Assembly (NCBI RefSeq): GCF_006345805.1
Contig: NC_043000.1
Location: 87,110,001 to 87,174,000, forward strand
Direction: 5' to 3'
DNA from: Octopus sinensis
Lineage: Eukaryota
Length of the DNA stretch: 64,000 bases
Both the position numbers and the translations under genes were made by a program. This document shows positions 51,323 through 63,250 of this stretch, piece after piece. How positions within the stretch are numbered: position 1 is the stretch's first letter; each line of letters opens with the position of its first letter. The notes under the pieces were generated by a model that searched no databases, was not told where the DNA came from, and saw only the letters and a list, made by a program, of their open reading frames with translations.

Positions 51323-51539
51323 CTTCTGCCAATTTTCTTTCCATTTCTTGCCGAGTGTTTCCCAACATGTAGGACAAAGAAACTCACTGTATACATTGGT
51401 AGGACATTAAAATTAGCTCTCCAAATTGTTCATTTACAAAGTAATGTGATAGAAAAAAAGGAAGAAAGACAGAGGAAAGAAGGAAAAAAAAGAAAAATAC
51501 GAAAACAATAAAACAAAATAAAATGGTGAAAAGGAAAGA

Positions 51540-52256
51540 AAATTCACAGCGACAATGCTTTTCTCAATATGTATGAAGTACCATTTAAGACAATCTTTTG
51601 CACTTCCTGCATGAATGGTAATCTAGAGCGTCATCCTCATATAATTTTCAGTTCCTTTTTTGATCATTCCAAGTGCTCCTACAATCACTGGTATTGTAAC
51701 CGTTTTGAGTTGTCACATTTTTTCACTTTCAATCAACAAATCTTTATATTTTCTGAGCTTATCAAATTCTTTTGCCGAGATATTATGATCACAAGGTATG
51801 CGTATGTCAAAAAAATAAACATATTTTATTGTTTTTGTCTTTCATAACAATACCTGGTTTATTAGCTTTGATGGTCCGGTCTGTATGTATTGAAAAGTCA
51901 CAAGAATCGTTGCATTTTCTTCCTCAGTTAAAGCCTCAGTCAGTAGTTTTGATTTTATAATTCCCACATATTCAGTGTAAGTATTGATCAACTCTATCAT
52001 GTGTAGATTTTCGTGTTAATAAGCTCTGGTCTTGAGCAGCTAAGATAAAGCCTTTGCCCTCTGTCTTTAGGCCTGTGCTCCATAGCCGCTGATGGATGTG
52101 CTTTTGGTCTACATCAACTTGTTTGCTACAGGTCACATATTTGCCATGCAGAGGTTTTTTGTTCCCACCTATCAGCCATTTGTTCAAACGCTTTTTGCTT
52201 TGCCATTGATTTCACCTTCTTTGCAACAACAGTTTCTGCACTTCCATAATGCTGTT
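51540..52256 (-). mobile_element. R4/Dong-like 3' fragment, decayed
   Basis: KPLHGKY, GFILAAQDQSL, ANKPGIV, IVGALGMIKK; CCHC knuckle deleted. Confidence 0.88.
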
Positions 52257-54010
52257 CAAGCACTGGAGGTGGATTGTGTTCCCACCAGTTTTTTTCATGT
52301 GGCAGATCCAGGTTTTTGCAAATTACCCAGTGAATATATTGTGCAGCTCTATCATGCCTGTTGAGGTACTTTGTAGGCGCTAGAAGACTGCATTTGGAGA
52401 CAACATGATCAATGGCTTCATTTTGTTGTCGGCATACACGACATGTTGGGCTACTGCCGTTCTTTAATATGTTGGCCTGGTAGTTTCTTGTTGGTAGGCA
52501 TTGATCTTAAGCTGCTATGATAAACCCTTCTGTTTCAGATTTTAAGCCAGAGGCTATTAGCCATTGATGGGTCAGGGCTTTGTCAATATCTGCATTATTC
52601 GCTCTCTTTGGGTGTTTGCCATAGAGAGGTTTTTATTGCCATTTATTATTCAGAATATCTAAGGCTGCAGTTTTGGCACGGGTTTTCACGCGCCTAGCTT
52701 TTTCTGTGCTTGTTTCTTGTATGTCTATCTCTAATTCCGAAATTTGTTGTATTCGGAATTCACTTAGATATTCCTTTGCCTGTTTTGTTACTGAGTATGA
52801 TGCTTTCTTGTTTTCATGTTTTGAGACAAGTTTTGACATCCAGTCCTCAGACTTTTTCAGGTAGGTGTCTAGAGGCCAATTGTAGCAATCTTCATTGTTA
52901 TTGCCAGTTGTAAAAGACCACGGCCTCCCTTTTTTCTTGGCAGATAAAGTCGTTCTGTATCTGCCTTAGGGTGGTGCATTCTATGCATTGTCAACAGTTT
53001 TCGTATTTTTCTGTCGAGCTGGCATATTTCAGTAATTGACCAGTTAACGATATTGAAACTGTAAGTCACGACTGGTATGGCTAATGCATTGATCGCTTCG
53101 ATCCTGTTTCTTGCATTCAGCTCTGTCTTGAGTATTGCTCTTACTCTTCGATAACATTCTCTCCTGATCCTTTCCTTCATCTCTGAATGCCTTATTCCGT
53201 TCCCTTCAATTACCCCTAGGTACTTGTAGCTCTCCGCTGGGTCTAGTTCTTTTATGACATTCTGCTGGTCAAGGTTAACGTTAGATGTTTCTGTCATTTT
53301 TCCTTTGATAAAGGTAGCTTTTGCACATTTATCGAGGCCGAATTGCATTTTGATGTTGTCACTGAATTGTTTGACTATCGCTAGTAAGCCCTTGAGTTGT
53401 TGGTCATTTTTTGCAAAAAGCTTTAAATCATCCATGTAAATGAGATGATTTATATTTTTATCAAACATTTTATACCCGTACTGCGCGTCATTGAGCAGTT
53501 TTGAGAGAGGTATTAAGGCTAAACAAAAGAGGAGTGGTGACAGTGAGTCACCCTGGAAAAGGCCACATGAAATTTTTACATCATCAGCATTTAGGAATTC
53601 ATTGTCACTGTTCAAAGTTAGTGTGGTTCTCCATGATCTTATACTTACAGTCAAAAAGTTTCGCAGAGTAGGTGCTGTCTTATACATTTCCAGGCATTTC
53701 CTAATCCAGCTATGTGGTAGGCTATCAAAAGCCTTTTTATAGTCTATCCAGGCTATTGATAAGTTTTTGTGTCGTTTGTGACAATCTTCTAAGATCATCT
53801 TATTGATGAGTAGTTGATCTTTACAGCCGTAGGATCCACGTTTACATCCTTTCTGTTCATTAGGGAATATGCTGCTGTCTGTTAAAAAACTATAAGTATA
53901 TTCCGTCAGGACAGATGTTAGCGTTTTATACATAGTTGTTAAGCAGGTTATGGGTCTATAGTTTTTTGGTTCATTTGTTTCTTCACTTTTTGGAAGCAGG
54001 AATGTTAATC
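52257..54010 (-). mobile_element. R4/Dong-like element, truncated at both ends
   Basis: RT through CCHC and HDRAAQYIHW; 5' junction in (TAA)n. Confidence 0.93.
52869..53933 (-). CDS. Reverse transcriptase domain (354-aa open frame) of an R4/Dong-like non-LTR retrotransposon
   Basis: EQKGC..GCKDQLLINK, WIDYKKAFDSLPHSW, QGDSLSPLLF, YMDDLKLF, YKYLG, MHHPKADTERLYLPRKKGGRGL. Confidence 0.95.
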   Translation of the reverse strand: MYKTLTSVLTEYTYSFLTDSSIFPNEQKGCKRGSYGCKDQLLINKMILEDCHKRHKNLSIAWIDYKKAFDSLPHSWIRKCLEMYKTAPTLRNFLTVSIRSWRTTLTLNSDNEFLNADDVKISCGLFQGDSLSPLLFCLALIPLSKLLNDAQYGYKMFDKNINHLIYMDDLKLFAKNDQQLKGLLAIVKQFSDNIKMQFGLDKCAKATFIKGKMTETSNVNLDQQNVIKELDPAESYKYLGVIEGNGIRHSEMKERIRRECYRRVRAILKTELNARNRIEAINALAIPVVTYSFNIVNWSITEICQLDRKIRKLLTMHRMHHPKADTERLYLPRKKGGRGLLQLAITMKIATIGL

Positions 54011-54029
54011 CATTATTATTATTATTATT

Positions 54030-55111
54030 ATTCAGTAGTTTTATTTTTATTTTTATAGCGTGCTTTCACTTCACTACCGAGCGCAGCTCTGTGTGCCTTG
54101 GGTATGTGCTGTGATTTGTTGTGATGCTCTGATGGTTATTGTATGGAAAGTGTTCTGCGTAGGATGTGTGCAGTGCCTAGTAGTGCAATTTTCTGTATGT
54201 TATATGTGTTTGTAAGTCCTGGTGTTTTTGTTATGTATTTGTCTGAATATTTTTTTTATCATGCCTAATGCACCTACTATGATAGGAATTGTTTCTGTTT
54301 TCAGGTTCCACATTCTAGTTACCTCTATTTCCAGGTCTTTGTATTTTGAGAGTTTCTCCATTTCTTTTAGAGACACGTTGTCATCTGCCGGTATTGATAC
54401 ATCAATTAGAAAGCATTTTTTTCCTTCATGATCTCTGACAACTATATCTGGTCTGTTGGCCTTAATTTCTCTATCTGTGTGTATCGGCATATCCCAGAGT
54501 ATGGTTGCTTTCTCGTTTTCTGTGACCTTTTCTGGTGTGTGCCTATACCATCTTTTTTCTGTTGTTATTCCATAATGTTGGCATAGCTTCCAATGTATGT
54601 AGGTTCCAACTCTGTCATGTCTGTGAATATATTCCTTCTTAGCCAGGACTGGGCAGCTAGAGATAATATGATTTATTGTTTCTTGTCCATCTCCACATAT
54701 TCTGCAGTTACTTGTAATATTTCTTTTCATTACATGTCTTTGGTAATTTCTGGTGGGGAGGCTTTGGTCTTGTACTGCAATTAAAAATCCCTCTGTTTCT
54801 GCTTTGAGTCCTGAGCTTCTCAACCATTGCTGGGATTTTTCTTTGTCTATTTCTTTTGCGTTTAGTTTAGTGCAGTATTTACCATGAAGGGGTTTTTCTT
54901 GCCATCGTTTTATCATGGCTCGTTGCTGTTCTATTTTTAGTTTGGATTTCATTTTTTTAATAGCTTTTGTTGTTTCTTCATCATCTTCTTCTTCTTCTTT
55001 GTGTTTATTAGGTGGTATAATTTCTTGTTTGTATTTTCAGCTTCCTTAAATACTGAGAACAGTTTTTTGTTTTGCTCGTGTTTTGCTGCTATCTGGATCA
55101 GTTTTCCTTCC

Positions 55112-55112
<1 letters not shown>
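54030..55112 (-). mobile_element. R4/Dong-like 5'-truncated copy with complete 3' UTR
   Basis: Bounded by (TAA)n on both sides; 3' UTR same as 30614-30890. Confidence 0.93.
54200..54952 (-). CDS. CCHC zinc knuckle plus restriction-like endonuclease domain (250-aa frame, frameshift near the end)
   Basis: CRICGDGQETINHIISSC, RHD, RPDIVV..LIDVSIP, EKLSKYKDL, IIVGALG. Confidence 0.93.
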   Translation of the reverse strand: MKSKLKIEQQRAMIKRWQEKPLHGKYCTKLNAKEIDKEKSQQWLRSSGLKAETEGFLIAVQDQSLPTRNYQRHVMKRNITSNCRICGDGQETINHIISSCPVLAKKEYIHRHDRVGTYIHWKLCQHYGITTEKRWYRHTPEKVTENEKATILWDMPIHTDREIKANRPDIVVRDHEGKKCFLIDVSIPADDNVSLKEMEKLSKYKDLEIEVTRMWNLKTETIPIIVGALGMIKKIFRQIHNKNTRTYKHI

Positions 55113-55204
<92 letters not shown>

Positions 55205-56487
55205 GATTTGACTCAAGATCGGTCTTATTCCTGGTAGAATTTATGTGGCTAACAATTTACTACTTGTAACCTTAGGTATCCACAGACTTTCCATAATCTT
55301 TCAAGTGCTCAAAACCCTTCTGATTATCTTCCCTGTTACTGAAAGGCAACATTTTTGTAGAAGATCTACACAATATTTAGTCTTGGTACTTTTCGACACC
55401 ATTCCTATCTCCTTCAACAATTTTCTATATTCTTAATCACAGACCCTAATGCACCGAATATTATAGGCACAACACTTACAGTTTTCATATTCCAAATTAT
55501 CACCTCAAATTTTAAGCGATTGTATTTTCTAAATTTTTCGTTTTCTTTCTTCACAGATCTTGAATCAATCCCTCAGTCTGGTAAGTAAATTCGTTCTTCT
55601 TTGTCTATTATTGTTGTATCTGGCTCATTATTTTTCTAATTTTTTATCCACTTGAATTGGAAAATCTCATAAGATCTAGCATTTTTTCGATTTAAGTATT
55701 CTTTCTACCCGATGATTATACCAAGTACTTCCAGCTTCAAACCACCATTTCTGACAAACCCTCCAGTGCAAAACACCCACAACTTTGTTATGCCTCCATT
55801 TCTTATATTCTCCCTGAGCTATCAGGCGGTGGGGGAGGGCGATCTGCACCAATATGTGCCATTGTTTCATTCCAAATTCCACATACTCTACATTATGTTG
55901 ACACCTTCACTCCATACATATATTTTCACATGTTGTCTATAGCACTTGATCTTTAAATGCTATAATAAGGCTCTCTGTTTCTTTTTCAATTGTTTTTTTT
56001 AAAACCAAACCTAGATTTTTGTGTCACATTATATTCTCGATGGCTTTTCAACTCCGACGATGCAAAGATTTCTCATCTTATCAATCGGCTTATCATGCTC
56101 TCTTTGAAATTTAGTCTTGTCCTTTTATCCTATTCCACACTTGATCACCTCTTCTTTACTCACTGCATTTAGTAATTTCTCTGTCCGTCTGTACACTGCA
56201 TTTAGTACTGTCGGTCTGTACACTCCACTCTCTTCCACAACAATTAAAACTCTTCCACCCTGGTATCTCTTCAAGTACAACCGATTAATATCAGCTTTCA
56301 TATGCTGGGAACCATACATTGTTAAGAGTTAAGTTTTTCTGTCAAGTTTCTGCATGTCGCTTTTTATCCAGTCTACAATTTCAACTCCATATCTTATTAC
56401 CGGCACTGCTATTGAATTTATCGATTCAATAACAATTTTTTTGAATTCAACTTTGACTAATATTTTCTCACTGTCCTTGTATATTAC
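55205..56487 (-). mobile_element. Older R4/Dong-like fragment
   Basis: INSIAVPVIRYG..LDRKT, HMKADINRLYL, RHNKVVGVLHW, IIFGALGSV; 3' end in (AAT)n, 5' end in (GAG/GAA)n. Confidence 0.85.
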
Positions 56488-56589
56488 CTCCTCCTCCTCC
56501 TCCTCCTCCTCCTCCTCCTCCTCCTCCTCCTCCTTCTCTTCTTCTTCTTCTTCTTCTTCTTCTTCTTCTTCTTCTTCTTCTTCTTCTTC

Positions 56590-56750
56590 TTTGTTTGACT
56601 TGACTCCAAGTCTCATCCAGAGACCCCAAGGGACAACAGATTAGAAGTTCAGGTTGGTGTTATGTCTAGCGTGTCATATATTTGGTTTTTGGTGCCATTA
56701 TACACTTCTGTAATGGCACTATCATAGTCTGCACTTACACCATCAATAGG
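56590..56750 (-). mobile_element. Probable R4/Dong 3' UTR fragment ending in (GAA)n
   Basis: ggggtctctggatgagacttggagtc resembles the other 3' UTRs in the window; coding remnant not clearly readable. Confidence 0.55.
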
Positions 56751-56756
56751 TATATA

Positions 56757-57030
56757 CAATGGAACCTCGATTTACGAACACCTCACATAACGAACAAATC
56801 GGTTTACGAACAATTTTTCGAAAGTTAAAATGTCTCTGGTTGCAAACGGTATCTCGAAAAACGAACATGCAAACCGGCAAGAACAGTTGGCGACAAGCTG
56901 AGAGTATCAGATGTAGAGCTCAGTTACGTTTTAGCTTTCGCTCAGTGCACATCCCTGTTCGAATTCACCGTGCCTTCTCTTCAATTTCCAATGAGAAAAA
57001 TAGCTTCGGTTTACGAAACTTTCGGGTTCA
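56757..57030 (+). mobile_element. Tigger/pogo-like DNA transposon end
   Basis: TA + caatggaacctcgatttacgaac, matching the CAGTGGAACCTCG TIR type with repeated tacgaac motifs. Confidence 0.65.
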
Positions 57031-57277
57031 AAATTTTTCTTCATAATCTATCAAAGTTTTCCGTCAAGCTCGAATGATACCAGATTTAGATAAAGTGGAG
57101 TTCCTCGTGACAAATATCACAGCCTTATTTAACAGCATGAATTTCATGCATAATTCTGAAGAGTCGATGTTCGATTGTATTAGTGTGATACCTCAGGAAT
57201 GTATAGTTGAATTTATTATATAATAATATAGCAATACACTAAATACGATTTGCTGAAACCATTCTCCTTGTGCATAA

Positions 57278-57308
<31 letters not shown>

Positions 57309-57310
57309 CA

Positions 57311-57344
<34 letters not shown>

Positions 57345-58260
57345 GGGTTCCAGGTAAATTCCATCGCGGTAAATTCCACCACGGAAAATTCCACCAGGTA
57401 AATTTCAACATAGGTCAATTCCACCATGGTATATTCCAGTATGGTAAATTCCATCCATGGACAGACTTCCAATATAAGCTACTCCCACTAATAATCACCG
57501 TGGTCAGTTTCTCTAGACCGTGGGTCAATACCTATGTTATTTAATCTGTTTGTCTCTCAAGTCTTAAGAAGAGAGAGAGTCTGAAGGTGAGATAGAAAAT
57601 TATCTTTATAATCTACTTGAATTGAGATGGTATCACTTTAATGTACTCCCATCAAGCAAGAATCTATGAAAAAGACTCATCAAAAAATTTCAAAAATAAT
57701 ATAATTTGGGATAAAGAAAGAATAGATTAAATTTTAGCACACATTTTATTATAACAATATGGTAAAAAATAACAGCGAGTACATTGTGAAGCAGAGTTAG
57801 GATACGAAAGTTTAATTTATTTATTGTTTCTTTTCTTTCGTGGTCAAATATTATATTGGGTTTATTGTTTTCGATATGGTTTGGTGTTATTACTGGGCTT
57901 TCTACTAAAATCGTTACTTTTTCACTTGTCGTTACCTTTTCTATTTGCACGTTTCAGATTTTCTGGCTTTTTGATATGTTATATTGCTGTAGTAGGTTTG
58001 CAAAGATTATTTTGTTTCTGTCTTGTAAATAATGTATAAATTTTTTTATCGATCATTGAGTATTTGTTTTGTTTTATAAATTTCAGTGAGTCTCTTTTTG
58101 ATAATGCTTCCTCATTCGGGTGTTTAAAGCATTCACCGTGTATTTCTTTGAGTGATTTTTCCTTAAATAATTTTTCTCCCTCGTATTTTTTGTATTCATT
58201 GACATAATTGATATTTTTTTATGTATTGTTTTTTTTTTTATTTCCATAATATCGTAACCC

Positions 58261-58332
<72 letters not shown>

Positions 58333-58438
58333 TAATAATAATAATAATAATTTTACCTATGGTCGAATTTACCATGGTGAAATATACCGTGGTGGAATTT
58401 ACCTGGTGGAATTTTCTGTGGTGGAACTTAACGGTCAC
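57345..58438. mobile_element. Foldback-like element with inverted arrays of a 15-bp unit; interior holds an old Dong-like remnant and (TAA)n
   Basis: About 7 x ggtaaattccaccac at 57349-57461 and about 6 x reverse complement at 58352-58434; NKPNIIFDHE remnant at 57690-57950. Confidence 0.6.
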
Positions 58439-58448
58439 CATATATATG

Positions 58449-58516
<68 letters not shown>

Positions 58517-58559
58517 ATAATATATATATATATATAGGGGTAAAATATGAAAAATCAAC

Positions 58560-59305
58560 GAAAATGCATATTGCAAATAGAAAAAGGCTATTTATGACAG
58601 GTAGTGACAAATATATACATTTAGATTGACTGAGGTAGTAATACGAGTCATAAAGGTCATTATTATGAGATGATTATAAGATGATAATAAAGAGAACAAA
58701 ACGAACCAGTGCTTTACGCGAAGGCTATTCATCGTTTGGACAACACCGGTTAATATACGGTGTCAGATCTAATAGTTCCTGAGAAAAAAGATTATTTGTA
58801 AGGGAGGTAAGTAGTTCTGGATTATATGTAAGGGAGGTAAGTAGTTTTGGAATTAGAGATGTGAGTGATGTAGGTAGTGTAAAGGGTTTAGTGGTTTCAA
58901 TTGAAGAGTTAGTGGTGTTCTGTATTGATTTGTGTGTTCATATTTAGTTGGGGGAGAAATTTATTGATGAAAAATGTCTCTTTATTCAGCCTTTGTTGCA
59001 TTGTGGTGTTCTGTGAGCATTGGTAAAAGGGAAATATTTGGAAATTGGGATTAAGATTCCTGGCACATCTTTCTATGTGTTTACTCACCTTTAACTGTCT
59101 GTATTGTGGGTGACGGATTTGCTCTTTGTGAATGGTGATTCTTTGGCGGAGCGAAATTCCTGTTTGTCCAATATAGAGTTTACCACATCCTATGCATGTC
59201 ATGACAATAGATTACATTTGCTGAGGCGCAGGTGAAATTTGATTTGAACTTGAATATTTCTCCTTGTTTGAATTGGAATCCTGAACCCTCTAGAAGGTGG
59301 GTACA
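58560..59305 (-). mobile_element. Penelope-like element 3' fragment (GIY-YIG endonuclease plus 3' non-coding region)
   Basis: FKSNFTCASANVIYC / TCIGCGKLYIGQTG..RITIHKEQI..KETFFINKFLPQLN; one frameshift near 59203. Confidence 0.9.
58909..59290 (-). pseudogene. GIY-YIG endonuclease domain of a PLE
   Basis: VIY-x-CxxC-x-YIGQT motif, conserved R/H, terminal E..I...P.LN. Confidence 0.9.
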
Positions 59306-59318
59306 CTATATATATATA

Positions 59319-59468
59319 GTGTACATTTAAACACATGAGAGGTATCCGTCATAGGATTCCTTGCACGCTAGAAGGAACAGCTAAAATCAAATGGTTTGGA
59401 TATTAGCTGCTCCTTCTAGCGTGCAAGGAATTCTATGACGGATACCTCTTATGTGTATAAATGTACAC
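59319..59468. repeat. 66-bp inverted repeat at the PLE 5' junction
   Basis: 59319-59384 vs 59403-59468, about 4 mismatches. Confidence 0.9.
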
Positions 59469-59959
59469 CGTATTTATATGACTAATATAAAGTCTATTGA
59501 CTAATTTTTTACAAGCTAGGCCACTGGTAGTAGAAATTTCTAAAAATTCTTTATTAATCTGATATTAATTATATATATATATAATTGAAAAAAATAGAGT
59601 CAGCAAGGAGTGCGATTAGATAGCTATATAATAAACACTACACATGTTTCGATACAACATAAATCCACATATACACAGATTTAAATTAAGCAACGGTTTA
59701 CTTGTATAATGGGATTTGTTTGTATCTCTTCAGGTGATATACAATCGCTGTCCCTGTTAGTAAACATTTGAGTTCGACGCTAACACACACACACCCATAT
59801 ACATACATACATACATACATACACACATACATACACACACGCACACACACACACACACAAAGATATATATAGGCGTAAGTTAATACCATAAAGGAAAAAT
59901 TCAATCGTTACAAAATATGACTAAAGAGTGACGAGGTACTTTCATTGTTAGAAATAGGA

Positions 59960-59990
<31 letters not shown>

Positions 59991-60085
59991 TAATTGAAAT
60001 GTACAGAAAAACAAAAGACGAAGACAGGTGTATAAACAACAATCAGGTGTATTAATTAGTTTGACACTCGGAAAGCTGAGAAAGT

Positions 60086-60121
60086 CTTTCACCTTTCGAA
60101 CCTACGCTTTTCAACAGAAAA
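60086..60121 (-). ncRNA. Strongly decayed hammerhead-like motif
   Basis: cttt-CTGTTGA-a-aag-cgtagg-ttc-GAAA-ggt-g-aaag; several core and helix defects. Confidence 0.4.
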
Positions 60122-60188
60122 GAACACGAGGAAATAAACAGAGACAGAATAAGAAAAAAATGTTTGAAGTTCGCGGTCAATCATGGTG

Positions 60189-60231
<43 letters not shown>

Positions 60232-60339
60232 GGTTATATGTGTATATGCACACATGATGCATGTGTATATAAAAGATACATGAGTATATATAAAAATTAT
60301 ACACGTACACTCACACACACATATATCTTTTCCTTTTTT

Positions 60340-60870
60340 ATCTCTTACTTGTGTCCGTCATTGGACTGTAGCCATACTAGGGCAGTGTCTTGAAGGGTTT
60401 TAATAGGAAAAAAATCAAACCAAGTTGACTACTTATTTTATTGCTCACTTATGCCGAGCCGATGAGTTACGGGGTGTAAACGAAGAAACACCGGTTGTCA
60501 GTCGGTGATGCGGAACGCACACACGCACACACATACACACATGCACACATGCTCTCTCACACGCACATACACACACATACTCTCTCACACACACATACTC
60601 TCACAGACACACACATACACACACTACTAACAAATAAGTTACAAAGACGTGAACACACCAACACGAGTTGTCAAGCAGAGTGAGGAATAGAAACACAAAG
60701 ACAGACATACACTCACACATACACACACATGTGCGCGCATACACACACACGTCAGGCTTTTCCTATTTTCCCTCTACCAAATCCACTCACAAGTCTTTGG
60801 TCGGCGCGATGCTATAATACAAGACACTTTCCGATGGTGCCACGCAGTGGAACTGAACCCTGGAAGCATA
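60340..60870 (-). mobile_element. Old SINE family B
   Basis: Diverged tail, core and head with expanded (CA)n. Confidence 0.7.
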
Positions 60871-61533
60871 TAGTTGTATATATGTGCTTATACGAAATTC
60901 ACCCACAAAGAATTGTGTAGGCCCTAGGTGATAGCACTTGACCAAGGTGCCATGCAAAATAACTGAACTAAAAACCAGGTGGTTACAAAGAGAGCTTCTT
61001 AACCACGATGGGATTTGAATGATGTCAGTGAACGCATGTGTTTTGTTGTCGTTTCAGTGCAACGCCTAAGCAAACCTAATATATATGAGATATTGCACAT
61101 CAAAAATTCCTTTTAAGAGAGAAGACATTGTGGGAAAACCAAAATATAAAATCAATGTAGCTATTCCCGCAACGCTATTTACAAACGGAATGAAAAATTT
61201 CGTGTTCATCTCGAACAGAAAAATTATCTATAGTACACTTCTTTGCAGTTCTAAATTAAATACAAATTATCTTGCGCCAGTATTCTACATCAGTCCGTTG
61301 ATCTATTGTGTAGATCTGACCTCACACTGCAGGAATTAACTACACGGGCTGCACACATGCGCAGTTATTCAGTGAGTAAATCTTTCGATTATTTGAGTTG
61401 GTAAATAAAGATAAAGTCTTTCGGAGGTCAAGTTGAAAGATTATGAAACAGTTTTGTGTTTTCCTAACAACCTGTTTTCCATACATACATACATACATGC
61501 ATTCATATATATGTGTATACATATATATATATG

Positions 61534-61583
<50 letters not shown>

Positions 61584-61710
61584 CATATATATGTATATAT
61601 ACATATGCATATATCTATATATCTATCTATTTGAATGCATGTGTATACACAGAATATATATATATATATACACACAAACATTATGGCGTACTGGGTCTAA
61701 AAATATTCTT

Positions 61711-61847
61711 TCATTTTCCGTCTACCAAATCTACTCACTAGGCTTTGGTCAGCCCAAGGCTATAATAGAAGACACACGCAGTGGGGATTAAGCCGGAACC
61801 ATGTGGTTGTTAAGCAAGCTACTTACCACACAGCCACTCCTGCGCCT
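61711..61847 (-). mobile_element. SINE family B 5' part
   Basis: Ends in cagccactcctgcgcct. Confidence 0.88.
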
Positions 61848-61887
61848 GTAAAACATTTTTCTGTGTATACATACATATATATATATA

Positions 61888-62077
61888 GGAGTGGCTATAT
61901 GGTAAGAAGCTTCCTTCCCACTCACATGGATCCGGTTTCAGTCCTACTGCGTTGCACCTTGGGCAACTGTCTACTATAGCCTCGGGCCGACCTGAGCCTT
62001 GTGAGGGAATTTGGTAGACAGAAATTGAAAGTCCGTTGCATATATATATACATTTATATATATATATATATTATATA

Positions 62078-62162
<85 letters not shown>

Positions 62163-62248
62163 TGTGTGTGTGTGTTTGTCTGCATTTGTCACCCATCGCT
62201 TGACAACCGCTGTTGGTGTGTTTACATCCCCGTAAATTAGCGGTTCGG
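61888..62248 (+). mobile_element. SINE family B, 3'-truncated
   Basis: Head to ttagcggttcgg. Confidence 0.85.
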
Positions 62249-62639
62249 GGTTGCATGACTTTTAGAGTCTCCCTTGCAACGGCCCATCTCTTCAATCAAA
62301 ATTCATAATCTACGTACCTTTGTTATTTGCAAAAATGAAACATAGTCCCTTACAGCTTGTTGTATTTTAGAATCATCATAGCAGAGACTGCAGAGATGAT
62401 TGTAAAATACAACACATTCAAAAAAGAAAAAAAAATACGTCGGTATATCTTTTTTTCTACTCTTCTTTACATAGATACACACACATACATTTGTGTGTGT
62501 GTGTGTGTGTCTGTGTGTGGGTGCGCGCGCTCACACGCGCACGCCTTATATTTGGTACAGAAAGAATTTTGTCTACAGTTTTTATTGTCAAAGGCCACTG
62601 TTTTGGGTACAAAGTGACCAGCTTTTCCATAACATCAAA

Positions 62640-62648
62640 TAACAACGC

Positions 62649-62737
<89 letters not shown>

Positions 62738-63037
62738 TATATGCATATATATATATGTACATATATGCATATATATATATATGTATGTGTGTATATATAT
62801 ACTTATATATATGTATATATATATATATATGTATATATATATTTATATATATGTATATATATACTTATATATATGTATATATATATATATATATATATGT
62901 ACATATATATATATGTATATATATATGTACATAATATATATATATGTATATATATATGTATATACATATATGCATATATATCATCATCATCATCATCGTT
63001 TAACGTCCGTTTTCCGCGCTAGCACGGGTTGGACGGG

Positions 63038-63069
<32 letters not shown>

Positions 63070-63111
63070 ATACATATATGTATATATATGTGTGTATATA
63101 TATATATTATG

Positions 63112-63156
<45 letters not shown>

Positions 63157-63157
63157 C
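62640..63157. repeat. Long degenerate (TA)n/(TATG)n tract
   Basis: Seen directly. Confidence 0.95.
62980..63037 (-). mobile_element. Short 3' tail of an RTE-type LINE/SINE
   Basis: ccgtccaacccgtgctagcgcggaaaacggacgttaaacgatgatgatg, an RTE-like end with (GAT)n. Confidence 0.6.
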
Positions 63158-63205
63158 GAAAAAACAAGTCAAGATAGAAAATGTTAAAATAATTTTATAA
63201 AGAAC

Positions 63206-63250
63206 ATTTCAGTACCGGTTTCGGTTATTTGAGACCTTTTCAACTGTAAC
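63206..63250 (-). ncRNA. Minimal type I hammerhead ribozyme with U3-A8 core variant
   Basis: gttacag-TTGAAAA-ggt-ctcaaata-acc-GAAA-CCGG-TA-ctgaaat; palindromic helix III ACCGGT. Confidence 0.7.

Noticed and set aside
52257-55112. One intact R4/Dong element split into two ORFs
   Set aside because: The RLE part lies upstream of the RT part on the coding strand, and both pieces contain different versions of the KPLHGK/ETEGF region, so they are separate insertions.
58715-58775. Expected hammerhead in the PLE 3' region (ctga-caccg..cggtg..aaacgat, minus strand)
   Set aside because: Only a helix II-like hairpin survives; core incomplete.
59700-59750. CTGAAGA-gat..atc motif on the minus strand (and a similar remnant near 29925-29955)
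   Set aside because: No GAAA after helix II; not counted.
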